DNA of 55,233 nt, taken from contig JAHBMJ010000143.1 of NCBI GenBank assembly GCA_018398765.1, positions 1 to 55,233 on the forward strand. The letters run 5' to 3'. How positions within the stretch are numbered: the first letter of the stretch is position 1; the number at the start of each line of letters is the position of its first letter. Made by a program: the position numbers and the translations under genes. The stretch is from Chromera velia. Taxonomy: Eukaryota. Below the pieces are notes generated by a model. That model was given only the letters and a program-made list of their open reading frames with translations, ran no database searches and was not told the DNA's origin. Of this stretch, positions 12,616-24,612 are shown piece by piece.

Positions 12616-14835
12616 ATGGCCCATCCCAACCCACAGGCCCAGACCAGGCTGTCGCCACCGTCCGGTGTCACCCGCCCACTGTTGAAGCAGCAAGGAGACG
12701 GCAGTGCCGGTTCCCGAGCTAACCAGCTGGTGGAAGGCAGCGCGTCTCCACTCCCCCAAGAGGGAGGTGCTGCAGCAGAAGGCAGCCCGTCTCAGCAGAA
12801 GCCCAAGGACTTCGAGCTGAAGTCAGTCATCCTTCAGTGCATGGACAAAGTCCTAAATTAAATGTCTAGACAGGCCGATCAACCTAGTATCCAGTTCTTT
12901 CCATGAATAGTCCTCCCCTTTCCTTCCCTTTCCTCTTTGTGTGCAGGGCCATTGGCCCAAAGGGAGACCACTCTGGGCTGAAGGACGCGGCAGGGGTCCG
13001 AAGAGAATTTCCTTACTGCGGTGAGGGAGGAGTTTCTTTGTGGGAGAGAGGGCCGGATGATTGCAGCTTTCCTTCTTGTGTGTCTCGTCGGAAGAACGCG
13101 CTTCCTTTTCTTGCCTGCATTTTGCTTTCTGTCAATCGACTTTTGATCACAAAGGCATTCATGCGGGTTGCCGGCCTGTCTTTGTCTGTTCCACTGCCTA
13201 GATTCTGAGTGTTTCTTTTCCTTCCTCGAGTTTTTTTTCTTTTTTTCGCTTCTTTCTGGAGGACTGCTATAGTTCTCGCCAGATTCGCAGAGAATCCTCT
13301 TGAACCCACATGTGCTGAGTTCCGTTCTCTTTCTCTGACTGCAGCGGAGAGAAAGCTGGACCGACTGATAGACCTTCGAAAACTGAACGCAACCCTGGTA
13401 GAGAAGGGAATGGAGGACCGTGTGGTAAGTCTACGTCGTTCTGCTTTTCTGCATGTGTCTCCTCCTGTTAGATTAGACAGCTAGACCACATTTAGTTTTT
13501 GTTCTCATCCACGGGTGTGAGCCTTTTGTTTTCACACGTTGAACGGAAGTGGCACAGAGGATTCTGCCGTAAAAGGTGCTTATATAGAATCAAGATCATT
13601 GTGTCCCTTGCCCTTTTTTCTTTTCTTCTCTTCTCTGTGTTCTCTTGCCAGCTGATGGATCTTCGCTTCGAGCCTTTTCTTTTCTGGGCGCCCTCTTATG
13701 ACTTTTTTGAGGAAAAAAAGCAGGAGGAAGAACTGGCAAGGTTGAGGGAGACGGTGTCGATCGAGGAAGAGGGAGACGAGGGTGTCGAGGGGGGAGGAGC
13801 AGCGTCTGCGGGAGCGTCTGTGAGAAGGTCGTTTCCCTTCAGAGACAGAATGCGTGACGTGAATGAAGATGACGACTCTGATGATGATTCGGATAGTGAG
13901 CTGAGTGAGTTGCACGGCAGGGAGGAGACGGGCTTTGGAGGGGGCCTGGGGGGGGGACCGCCGTCTCCGTCTCCTGGTGGGTCTCCCTCCAACAGACTGG
14001 GGCAACCTCTCCAAACACTGTCTCCGGATCTGCACAGCACGGGGGGGCTGATGATGCTAGGGCCCGGAGATGATATTGGCATGGTTGGAATTGATGATTT
14101 TCGCGACCCTGGGAGTTTTCCTGAACGTTCTAGAGAGTTTGAGGGTGGGGAAGGGTGGGAAGATGGTCTGGGGGGGTTTGGAGGAGGCGGGGGGAAGGGG
14201 TATGCCATGGGCGGAAAGGGGGGAGGGAAAGGGTTTGCTCTAGGAGGCGGAAAGGGAGGGGGGAAAGGATTTGCCCTGGGTGGAGGAAAGGGATTTGCGA
14301 TAGGGGGAGGAAAGGGATTTGCCGGGGGAGGAAAGGGTCTAGGGAAGGCTGGTGGCAAGGGGGGGAAGATGGGAATTTTCATGGGTCAGGGAGGAGCCGG
14401 GAGTGATGATGACGAGCGTCCCTGGAAGAGAGGCAGGATCGAGGAAGATGAAATTCCGGGGTCTGAGCGTTTGTCCTCTTTGGCTTGGGTCATCTCCCCG
14501 ACAGGGAAGGTGATTGCCCAGAGAAACCGCATTCCAGAAGGATTGGACTTAGAACGTCTAGAGGATACAGCCAGTTTGCTGAAAGACACGAAGGAAGCGT
14601 GGAGGCACATGAGTCCCTTGGTGGAGGAGTCCTTCTTCCTCGAAGGGATAAACCCGGGGACAGAGGACATCAAACCCATGAAGGTCAGGCGATTTCTTCC
14701 TGGCTTGATGGGAACAGGAGAAAAAAGACAAAGAGGAAAAACACGCTGCCTCTTCATGTGCCTCCCATCCCGTGGGCTTTCCGTCGCATCTTTTGGTTTT
14801 GTTTATGTGTGCATCTATGTATGTATGTATGAGTG

Positions 14836-14870
<35 letters not shown>

Positions 14871-17428
14871 GTTCATGAAGGAAAGAAGGGAGAAGAAGAA
14901 ACATATAGTCTGTCTCTCCCCATTTGCTTTCCTGGCGGTCCCGTTGTCAGTGAGAGAGGGACCTTGTTGCTTCCTCCACAGGGCATACCTTTGTGATTTA
15001 TCCGATTCTTCCCTTTCTAGTTGCTTTCTGCCTTCCTCCCTGCCTCTCTTCGATGTCTGTTTTTCTCATCTCTCTCTCTCACACACACACATACGTATGT
15101 ATGCACACCCAAACGCACGTGCACACTGGCTCTCTTCTCCACGATCTCTCTCCGCTCCCTCCTTCCACACTCTGCGTCTTCTGTTCACCCAACAATCAAT
15201 CACCTCATTGACTCATCCATCCATCCCCTGCTTCCTTGCCGCAGGAGCACATGAGAGAGGACCACAAAGGTCGAACTCGAATTCTTGTTCTCCCTCCACC
15301 CCCGGTAAAGGGCCCAAAAGCAAAGTCCCCCTCCCCCCCCCCTGCCCCTCACGAAGCCGACGAAGCCGTCAAGACCATTACCGAACTGAGAAGGGAAAAT
15401 ATCAACAGGTCCATCGCCACTCAGCAAGCGCTTCAAGACACCGAGGGAACTTCACCGATCGAAAGCGCCGCCCCCCCAATAGGCGGGACCCTTCCCCACA
15501 TGCGTGTGGGTCCGCAACCCTTTTCAGCCGCCACCCATTCTGACGGAGCCCAACCCAAACGAAAGCCCCGAAAGAAAGACCCCAAGCCGAAGGATCCGAA
15601 CGGGAAGCCACGCGGGGGTGCAGGAGGGGAGAAAGGAGGAGGAAGCAAAAGAGGAGGAGCGGGAGGAGGAAAGGCAAAGTCAAAGCAGCAGCCGAAGGCA
15701 CCACCAGGGCCCCCTCCCCCCCCTGCTCAACCTCAACATCCTTTGCCATTTCTGAATTTTCATCCCAGCAGTCTAGCGGGGATGCCCGACATCACCGCCT
15801 TCATGCCAATGTATCCGCCCAGCAGTCCCACACGTTCGCTTCCTCTCAATTTGTATGCTCCCGGCCCCGCCCCAGGTCAGCCGAGTCAGCTCCAACCTGC
15901 CCCCGTCCCCTTCTCCTCCAACACCTCTTCCTCCCCTCCGCACATCAGCAGTATATTTGGTGCTACCCCCTCTCCGAACATGCTCACTCAGTTCTCTGGA
16001 GTCCCTCAACTAGCAGCCGCACCAACGGCGGGTGGGGGACGCCCAATGCTGCCCCCGGGACCAGGGGAAGGGACCACCCTGATGGCAGGGGGCTCCCCCG
16101 TCTCCCTCGAGACTTCCCCTTCTGCTGCTGCTGGAGGTCCCCCGACCTCCCTCCCACCCCAAATGACTCCCCAAGACGTGCAGAATATCCTCTCACGTGC
16201 CTTTCAGATGCAACAACAAGAACAGCAGCAGCAACAGGCCGCAGCGGTGGCGGCGGCATCTCGTGGAGGAGGCGGACAGGGACAGGGACAGAGTAGCGGT
16301 TCCGGTCGGCAGTCGACGGGGGGGAAAGGGGGGGGGAGGGGGGGACTATCACACCATCAGGGCAAAGGCCCCACTTTGACCAATTCTGGCGGTGGCATGC
16401 GCCCCCCCCCTCTGCTACCAAGTATGCATCCTACAGGTCCTGTCCAGCAGCCGCCAAAAAGGCCCCAAGGCTTCCATGCAATTCCCAACCACAATCTGAA
16501 CCCCCCCTCTTCTGGTATCTCCTCTGCCCCAAACGCCCCGGCCGGCCCAGTTGGCCCCCAGATCTCACTCCGACCTACGGACTTTGGTTTGAAAGCGCCG
16601 CCCTCCACTGCACCAAGGCCCCGACCCGGGCCCGTGGCAAAGACAAACAACAGAGGAAGATCAGCGAAGCCCAAAACTTCCCCTCCGCAAGGTCCGCCAC
16701 CAGCCCCGCCAAATGCAGGTGGGCAGTTTCCCGCCGCCACACAGTCATTGCAACAAAGGGAGAAGGCCCCCAGCCCCCTAAATCCACAAAGACCCCGGCC
16801 ACACGGCCCTCCGAACCCGAGCCCCATTCCCATGTCCGGACTGGGCACCCACAGTTCAGGTGCCGCACCTCAGAGGCCCCCTGCACCTTCACCAAGCCCA
16901 GGGGCCCCGGCCGTAGGGTCCGTTATGGGGTCCACCCTGACTCCTGCAGCCTTCGGAGTGAGAACCTCTGCACGAGGACCCCCTCCAGCCCCTTCACCAG
17001 CACCCAGTTCCTCTCTCCTGAATGCCCCTTTCCCCCCGGCATCGCAGCAACCGAAGATCCCTCAGGGAGGCCCTGCCGCATCTGCTGCCTTCGCACAGAG
17101 GCCGCCGGCACAGGGTCAATCAAATTGGGTAGCACGGCCGGGATCCTCCGTCGATCAGCGCCCCCCCTCTCAGCCTCCACCAGCGGGGGGACCAGGGCCT
17201 ATGCAAGCCCCTCGCCCCCCCCAGCAGAACCCTCGAGGTTCCTTTGGCCGGGGCCCTGGGACACTTCCCTTCTCCGCTCCACCCTCAGGAGGTGCCAAAG
17301 GGCCACCCCAGAGGCCCAGCCACCTTCCCGCGCAGCAGCCGAAGCAGCAGCAGCAAAGGCCGAAAGGAGGTTTCCAACCAGAACAAGGACCACAGCAAGG
17401 CGGAGGGACTAATGGGGGGGGCAGCTGA
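12616..17428 (+). CDS. Hypothetical 1196-aa largely disordered protein (acidic patch, GGKG-hydrophobic repeats, basic NLS-like segment, Pro/Gln-rich C-terminus)
   Basis: GCCACCATGG start. Exons 12616-12836, 12947-13020, 13345-13424, 13652-14683 and 15245-17428 have GT/AG ends and phases that give one open frame (3591 nt). No recognised family. Confidence 0.8.
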
Positions 17429-17966
17429 TTGAAACATGCAGGTATTCGGGTTTGCTTCGGAGTTGTGCAAAGTCGCAGTCGACCTTCAAATTCATTAATT
17501 GGCATATGATCTAGCAGGTAATGCAACTTCAAGACTCAGCAGTCACTCAAGATAAGATTCGCTACAAAACAGGGGAGGGGTGCCGAGCAAGCTCCGACCC
17601 CAAAGAAGCCGAAAAGTTCACGAAAGGGCTCGTTGCCTAGCTTCGATAGTAGTTTGTAATCAGCCACTTATAGAGAGGAGGCGGGCGTGCATTGGTCGGC
17701 CCGACCTTGGCCGGTCCCGTGCTGCTGCGTTGCCTATCGGTGCGGCGCGGCTTGAGACATTACGGAGACGGAGAAAATGCATGCGTCAATCCATGTTGTA
17801 AAATTGCTTAGTGAAATACTCAGGGTGATTCGATGGAACAACTCTCGATCGATGAGAGCAGAAGCCGGACAAACATCTTGCATTATTATTCCTGTATAGA
17901 GAACCGTGTAAGTGACTAGACTGATGTCCTTAAGTGGACTATTCTGATGATGATGATAATGATGAT

Positions 17967-20900
17967 TGAGGGTTAAATCCTAGATTTAGCACGCCAAATC
18001 CCAAGCCACTAGCAAGGCTTTGAGGACAACCCAGAGCACACATTCATGGGGAGGGGGGATGAGGAAGCCTGCATGCCAATCGGATCGAATCACCTCAACT
18101 TGCCTTATCGACAGAATGGACCTTCTTCTAGTTCTCTTCATGGTAGCAGTTGGTTCTTTCCTCTTTCTTCTCAGGGTCTGTTGGTCTGTATCAGAGTGTA
18201 GCTTTCCTTCTCTGATGGACGGAGACCAACCTCGAGGGGCCGATGGCCGTTTTATCTCCAAAGGCCCTTCTGATCAAAGCCCCAGCCCCTCTGACTTGGA
18301 CTTGTTGACCGCCAATGTCAATAAATTGGCGCAGTTGTTTCTTTCTCAGTCCACTTCTGTTCCGTCTCCGACAGTCACTCCCACCCCCACCACTGATACG
18401 GGGAAATTCGCCCCATGAAAGTGCAAGCTCCCCTTCAAGGACACTCACGGGGGTAGAGTCGTGATTGTCAAGGCATTTGAAGACCACTGCAAATTGCAGC
18501 CTGCGAGTGCGCCGTCAGACATCCGTACAGCAGCATTCCGCCAGGGTTTGTAAAAATACCCTGAGCTCTACGATCTTGTCTCAGATCTCTCCCCCCCCAA
18601 GTCTGATGATGTCAAACACTGCAAGAATGTCATCTTACAGTCATCGGGGGAAACCGAACACAAGCGGATGTTCACAAACTTCCGCTCCCTTTTTACTCTG
18701 TCCACTTCCGACTCCTCCAACGTTGAGAAGTACATCGAGACGGTGAAGGCAGCCTGCCGAGAAATTTCCAGTCTCTCGTTGCAGGAAGAGATTGTCCCTG
18801 TGTGGTCTGGGGTGAGAGACAAAACCGATCTCAGCACTTGGAGGGTGAAGAAGAAGCTCGTTCCCCTCCTTAACCCCCTCACCCGCCGTCAGGGGCAGCT
18901 CGCTTCCCTGGTCCTCATCAACGGCATTTCCGACAGCATTGTGCATGCGAATATCAAGAGCAGCATCGCCCTCCATATGCCTTTCGACGGAAATGATGGT
19001 GCGGTCGCCAAATTCTGCCACTTTGCCCAGCCTTCTTGTTTTTCCCGTCTCCCTGCCAATCCGTCCATTCCCGCACAAACGCATGGCGTGTAGCTAACGG
19101 GTCGCTCTTCCACTGGCCACCCTCGGCCCTGTGTGAGTGGGCTATCTCGCAAGCGCCTTCACTGTAAGCAGAAGACCCACCGTCCTGAAGAGTGCCTGAA
19201 ACAGCACTACTGCAGCGATTGTGATCACTGGGGACACAAGACTGGTGACTGTGACCTCGCCCATGACCACTTTACCCTCTTGAGAGCCTACGGCTACAGC
19301 GGAGGCGGGGGCAGGTCCGGCGGGAATGGGGGCGGGCAGGAAAAGAGGGGGAGACAGTCTACAGGATCAGGGAAGAGGCGAGCTCATCAGCAGGGAGGGG
19401 CCCTAACTGGCGAGACGAATGAGTCAGAGGCATCCGATTCGGATGCAGATTCGGAAGCATTTATCACAGTCAGCTTTTTCTCTTCCTGTTTCTTCTGGTT
19501 TCTCTTTTGACGGTTTTGCGTGTTTGCTTAATCTGGGTGTAAGTGGTACTACGTGCACTCGTGGCTGGTTGAACAAGCATGCTGAAGAGTCAGGGTTGCA
19601 ATGGACTGAGACTGATTTGCCGACACCTCTTTCTGTTGTTACTGCTTGTCGAACGAAAGTGAGGATGCGGCGCCGTGCCACCATTCCTTACAAACTAAAT
19701 AGGCAGCCTGCTGTGTTGAAACCGTCCATCATGGAAACAGAAGCAGTCACCCTCCCACTGATTGGCAATCAGCGTCTTATCAAACTAGGCGCGCGATTTG
19801 ACTATCGGACTGGATCCTTGGCACTCCCCTCCACCGTTATCAATTTTTTCCGTGCAGCAAATGATTTATTTTTTCTGCCTTTGAAGATAGACGGGACTTC
19901 CCCGCCCAAGTCTCCACCCGCTTTGAATTCCCCTTCTGTGTCTCCAGCGGCCGTTGCGGTGGACCCTGCATCGCCTGTGTCCCCTCCGTTGTCTCTTTCT
20001 CCGGTTGTCCTCGTAAATGGGCACCTCCCCGCTCATTTGAAGGCAGCCAAACAGAAGAAGCAGCATCAAGGAAATCGCACCCAGTCTCATGTTATGAAAA
20101 CCCATTCAGGAGAATCTGCTGTCTCTCCCCCCGTTTCATCATCTTGTGACAGTTCTCCAGCCTCCGATCAGCCTCCTTCTTAGCAACCAAAATCTTTTTT
20201 CTCACAGGACCCCCCCCCCATCTCCATCAAAGCCACTGTTGATGAACTCATCTGCATACATCACGAATGGTTAGGACATGCAGGCATCGAGGCCACTTAG
20301 CATTCCCTCCGTGCGTCCCTTTCTGACCTTCTTCCAGGTCGCAGCAGCATTTCCCGCCGTGCCGTTCAACGCGCCTTGCTCCCATACATCTGAGGGGGTA
20401 TGTGTACGCATGTGAAGCCGAGGCATGGGGGAGACGGCACCCGGGGGTCTTTGAAGGTCGATCGCCCCGGGCAGCGAGTATGTTGTGACCTTGTGATGGG
20501 GTTGAAAGGGGGGTATTCATTGCACATCCAAGACCAGCATAATTACTGGCTCGCTCAAGAGGTAGTCGAAACAAAAGATTCTGCCACAATCCGTGCCGCC
20601 TATGATTGTTAGTCCCGCAGTTTGGAGGGTGATCTCACCTCTGAGGTGATGACCGATCACGGGACCAAATTTCAAGGTGATTGGTGTGAGTGGTTGGCTG
20701 AGCGGGAAGCCACAAACCCCTTAACCCCTGTAGGCAGCCACCACTCTCTCGACAAAACAGAGCGTTCCTATCGTGAGTGGCTCACGATTTTGCGGGGCAT
20801 TCTCAGAGATCGAGGTCTTGACAATTCGTATTGGAAGGAGTTTGCTTCCCTTGCCACAGCTAAATACAATCGTCTGCCTCGAGGGTCCACTCACAAGAGC

Positions 20901-23640
20901 CTATTCGAGTAACACTGGGGTGCCCAGCCACCCAGTCCTCCCATCGACGCCCTGCATGACCTCCTTCAGACCTCCCGTCGCCCCTCTGCCGAGATGTTCC
21001 CATTTCCCATTGGCTCGTCCGTCCTCTACCATCACTTTAACCATCCCCACGCTAAGTTTGCACCCCTTTACACTTCTGTGACTGTTCTGCAGCGCATAAG
21101 TGAGCATGTGTTCCGATTGCGTCTTCCTTCTGGACGGCCCATCCTGTCGTATCGCAGGTGCATCCGTCCTAATGACAGCCTCCACCCGGACCCTGTCTAT
21201 ATTGTTCCGTTGCCGTCGGACTCCCCTTCCGAGCGCCCGGACATATCCGTTGGGTCTCCTCACCAGGCGCAGCAGCAGCAACCGCAACAGTCTTCAGACA
21301 TACAATGTCCGTCTGAACAGCCGCCCTCTCCCAAGTTTGACATCACTGATTTTGGCAAAGATGAGCTCATTCTTTGGCGGGATAAGAACACAGGCCGCTG
21401 TTTCCTTGGTAGCATCCGTGCTGTCAACCCTGAAGGTGAGGGACGGGTTGAGGTTCAGGCATGGGGATCAAATGGCAAGCAGCCTCTTACAAGCCGACGC
21501 ATGCAGCCTGCATGGTGCCCTCTCAGGTGCCGCCCCAAGCTTTTGTACGGTGCGCAAAAACCTTCTGGGTGTGGGCCCGAGCTTTTTTTTCTGGTCCCAG
21601 AAGAGGTTATTGAGCGAAACATTGTCCTCTCTGCCGAGGGGACTCTCCCCTCCCACCTCTGTGACACTTACCGAAGTGTTCTCCTTGCAAGCCCAGAAAC
21701 AGTGTTCCCCACCGATCGGTTGTCTTTCGATTCACTTGCCTCCTCAGCAGCCGCGGCTGCCATCTTCCCTCCTCCCCCCCACCCGACTCTAGTTGCAGGT
21801 GCGTCTGTTGTATATTTGTGGAACGAGGACACTGAGGTGGGGCCCAGTGTGTTCCAAGCTGCCACAACTCACATTCCTCTCCCACGCCGGGGGCTCACAG
21901 TAGAACAGCTCAACGGGCAAGCCAAGTCCCGTACCGCAGAGTTACAGTCACTCGCCGACAATGATACATACAAGCGAGTCCCAATCGTAGAAGTAGAGTC
22001 TGATGCCGAGCACCGCCGCTCTACTGTGCCTACCCATTTTGTTGACACCGAGAAGTGTGTCGAGGAAGGTTCTTGGAAGTACAAGTCTCGAGTCGTTACT
22101 GATAGCACTCCTTTTTTCGACCGCCGTGAAGGAGTCACAACGTCCTGCGCTACCGCTTCCCAGTCTGTCATGCGCATTGCCCTTGCCATGGCCTTTGCTC
22201 ACTCCGACTTTGACCCCCGTGAAATCGTTGTGGCCGACGTGAAAACAGCGTACCTCACGGCTCTCCGTTCCAATTCCCTTTATTTCCATCCCCCGAAAGA
22301 TTACCCAGACCATGGGAAGTTCCTGTGGCTCCTCAACCGCACGCTTTACGGGCTTCGCGACTCTGGAAATTTGTGGGACCGCTCTTGTAACAAGACGCTC
22401 ACAGCAGCAGGGTGGGTGCCTTCCTCTGTTCGAGGAATGTGGTAGAAATGGATGGGTAAGCCTGAGGCCCCCACTTCCCATCTCTTTGGTATCCTTCCCA
22501 CGTTTGTTGACGACTTTGCCATCCTGCCTATTGGTCGGTCTGCAGTTCAGCTAGCATGCAAGATTGCAGCCAGAGGAGGTTACCAGATAAAGATCACAAA
22601 ACCCAAGAACGGAACCCTCCGCTGGGCAGGGGTGGATTTCAATGTGTCACGGGACTCCGTGCACATCCACTAAACCGAGTACCTCCTGTCTCTCCCCCTC
22701 CCTGAGGGTATGGGGGATTCTGCAGATTCTTCTGCTTCCGTTCCTTCTTCCATCCCCACTCCTCCTCTTGATTTGTTCCCCCTCCCCCCATCGTCTTGCG
22801 AGCTTCCCTCTGAACTGCTCCGTCTCTTGACAGCCCAGGAAGGAAAAGCCTTTCATGAAAGGTTGGGGTGTCTTTTGTGGGTTGTACAAGACACTCGCCC
22901 CGACTTATTACAAGGGTGCAATCAACTAAGCCGTCATTCCTCCGCTCCCACTCACGCCGACGCTGATTATCTCCTTTCCCTTCTTCGTTATGCCCGACGT
23001 ACCGCCACCTCCCGCATCCTCCGTATCTCTCGCTCTGACGTCCCTTCTACATCATCCCCCTTCTCCACTAAGTCATGGAGCGATGCCGCATTGGAGTCTG
23101 CCGGAAATGCGCATCCACAGTCTGGGTGGCTCTTCACTTTGAAGTCTGCCATCCTACACTGGCGGGCATTTTCCCAAAAGCGAGTCGCCCGGTCTTCCAC
23201 CCGAGCTGAACTCTACGCTGCTCATGACCTTGTTGATTTCTTAGCGTGTCTCTTGCCTGTCTTGAGGTGCGTCTGGAAAGCGGGAGTCACGGCTGAAGTA
23301 GGGGTAGACTCTAATGACTTGCTGAAGCTGGTTTCTAGTTAGATGCCCCGTCCGACCGAGCGTGCCCTCCAATCCATCATAGAGTCACTTCAGCTCTGCA
23401 TCATCGAAAAATCGCCCTGCACACTCGTCCTGCACACCCTTTCCCTCCGTGATGCGCTGGATGAAGCTTCTATCCGCCTTTCGTTCGTTCCTTCCCATTC
23501 TAACGTGGCTGACCCCTTGACAAAGCCAATGTCCATTGAGCTTTTACTCCCTTTTTTCACTTCTTACTCCTTTCTTTCTGTCACGTCGACCCCATCTCCG
23601 ATTGTCCTGTAAAAAAAAAAAAAAAAAAAAAAAGAAAGGG
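17967..23640 (+). mobile_element. Decayed Ty1/copia LTR retrotransposon (5' LTR ~17967-18140, PBS at 18141, gag-PR-IN-RT-RH, PPT; 3' LTR missing)
   Basis: ..CTCTTCA followed by TGGTAGCAG (iMet PBS). CCHC knuckle CSDCDHWGHKTGDC; degenerate protease LLNLGVS; integrase VMTDHGTKF/KTERSYR; RT ADVKTAYL, LYGLRDSGNLW, TFVDDF; RNase H WSDAA, SSTRAELYA, NVADPLTK. IN precedes RT (copia order). Many stops. A-run plus GAAAGGGG PPT at 23611-23641. LTR start approximate. Confidence 0.92.
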
Positions 23641-23772
23641 GAACCGTCCGCTGGGCAGGGGTGGATTTCAATGTGTCACGGGACTCCGTGCACATCCACC
23701 AAACCGAGTACCTCCTGTCTCTCCCCCTCCCTGAGGGTATGGGGGATTTTGCAGATTCTTCTGCTTCCGTTC
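23640..23772 (+). repeat. 133-bp copy of copia RT segment 22611-22743, placed where the 3' LTR should be
   Basis: 130/133 identical by eye; has CAA (23700) where the main copy has TAA (22671). Confidence 0.95.
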
Positions 23773-24034
23773 TTGGGTTTGGTGATCTTCAAGTTCGTTT
23801 CCAAGTCCTATTAACGTTCAGAGCGATGCAGAAGAGGAAGAGTGCAGACAGTGAAATTAGGAGTGAAAGTTCAAAACAACTCAGTTGAAAACGTTTAATA
23901 TGTAACAATATGAGAGCACGTACAAAATTATTTCAAATTTTAAATTTATCTTTATATTGTTGGTCTTCAAAGACTTATATCTTTAACCATTTTACTTAAA
24001 AATAAATACTAGAAACTATCAAAACCCCCTTCTA

Positions 24035-24612
24035 CAGTGTTGTTAAGTCTCGGTACTTTCGGTACCTCGGTACCAGAGGGGGGGTCAGTATCGGATTTCG
24101 GATCGGATCTTTCGGTACCGACCTAAATGACTCTTAAACTTAAAAATCACATGTAGTCTGATGTTACAATATTATTTAAATACACTTCATAAAACAAAAT
24201 AAACAAAATATAATGATAAATTAAAATTAAAAAAGTTTTTTCTAGCTTTTTTGATTGTTCTACAACTTTTGTCTTCTAGAACGGTCTATGGATTGAGGCA
24301 TAAAACCCATGTGTAGAACTGTTTGCTTGCATGAATCGAGGATACATGCTCTTGAGGCTGATCGAATCAGATTGATACATACTGCATGGCAATACATGGC
24401 AACAGATGCGTCGCCACGTCAGAATCGGTCGGCCGGTCCAGTGTCCTAACGGCGTATAAACAGTCTGTAAAGAGTTCTAAAAACTTGTTTAGAATATATA
24501 AAAAAACCGGTACCGAAAGTACCGAAAAGGTACCGAAAGTACCGAAAAATTTCGGATCGGGGGGTCGGTATCGGATTTCGGTACTTAGGTTTGTCGGGAC
24601 TTAACAACTCTG
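24035..24612. mobile_element. hAT-superfamily non-autonomous element (MITE, 578 bp)
   Basis: TIRs CAGTGTTGTTAAGTCTCG / CAGAGTTGTTAAGTCCCG (rc). Perfect 8-bp TSD CCCTTCTA (24027-24034 and 24613-24620). Many subterminal CGGTAC/GTACCG motifs at both ends. Confidence 0.92.

Noticed and set aside
13696..14382. Long antisense ORFs (also 25325-26059, 31145-31777, 33260-33994, 35618-36394)
   Set aside because: Shadows of real GC-rich coding sequence on the opposite strand.
23611..23633. Poly(A) tail suggesting LINE-mediated retroposition of the copia element
   Set aside because: The run merges into GAAAGGGG at the expected PPT position and no TSD was found.
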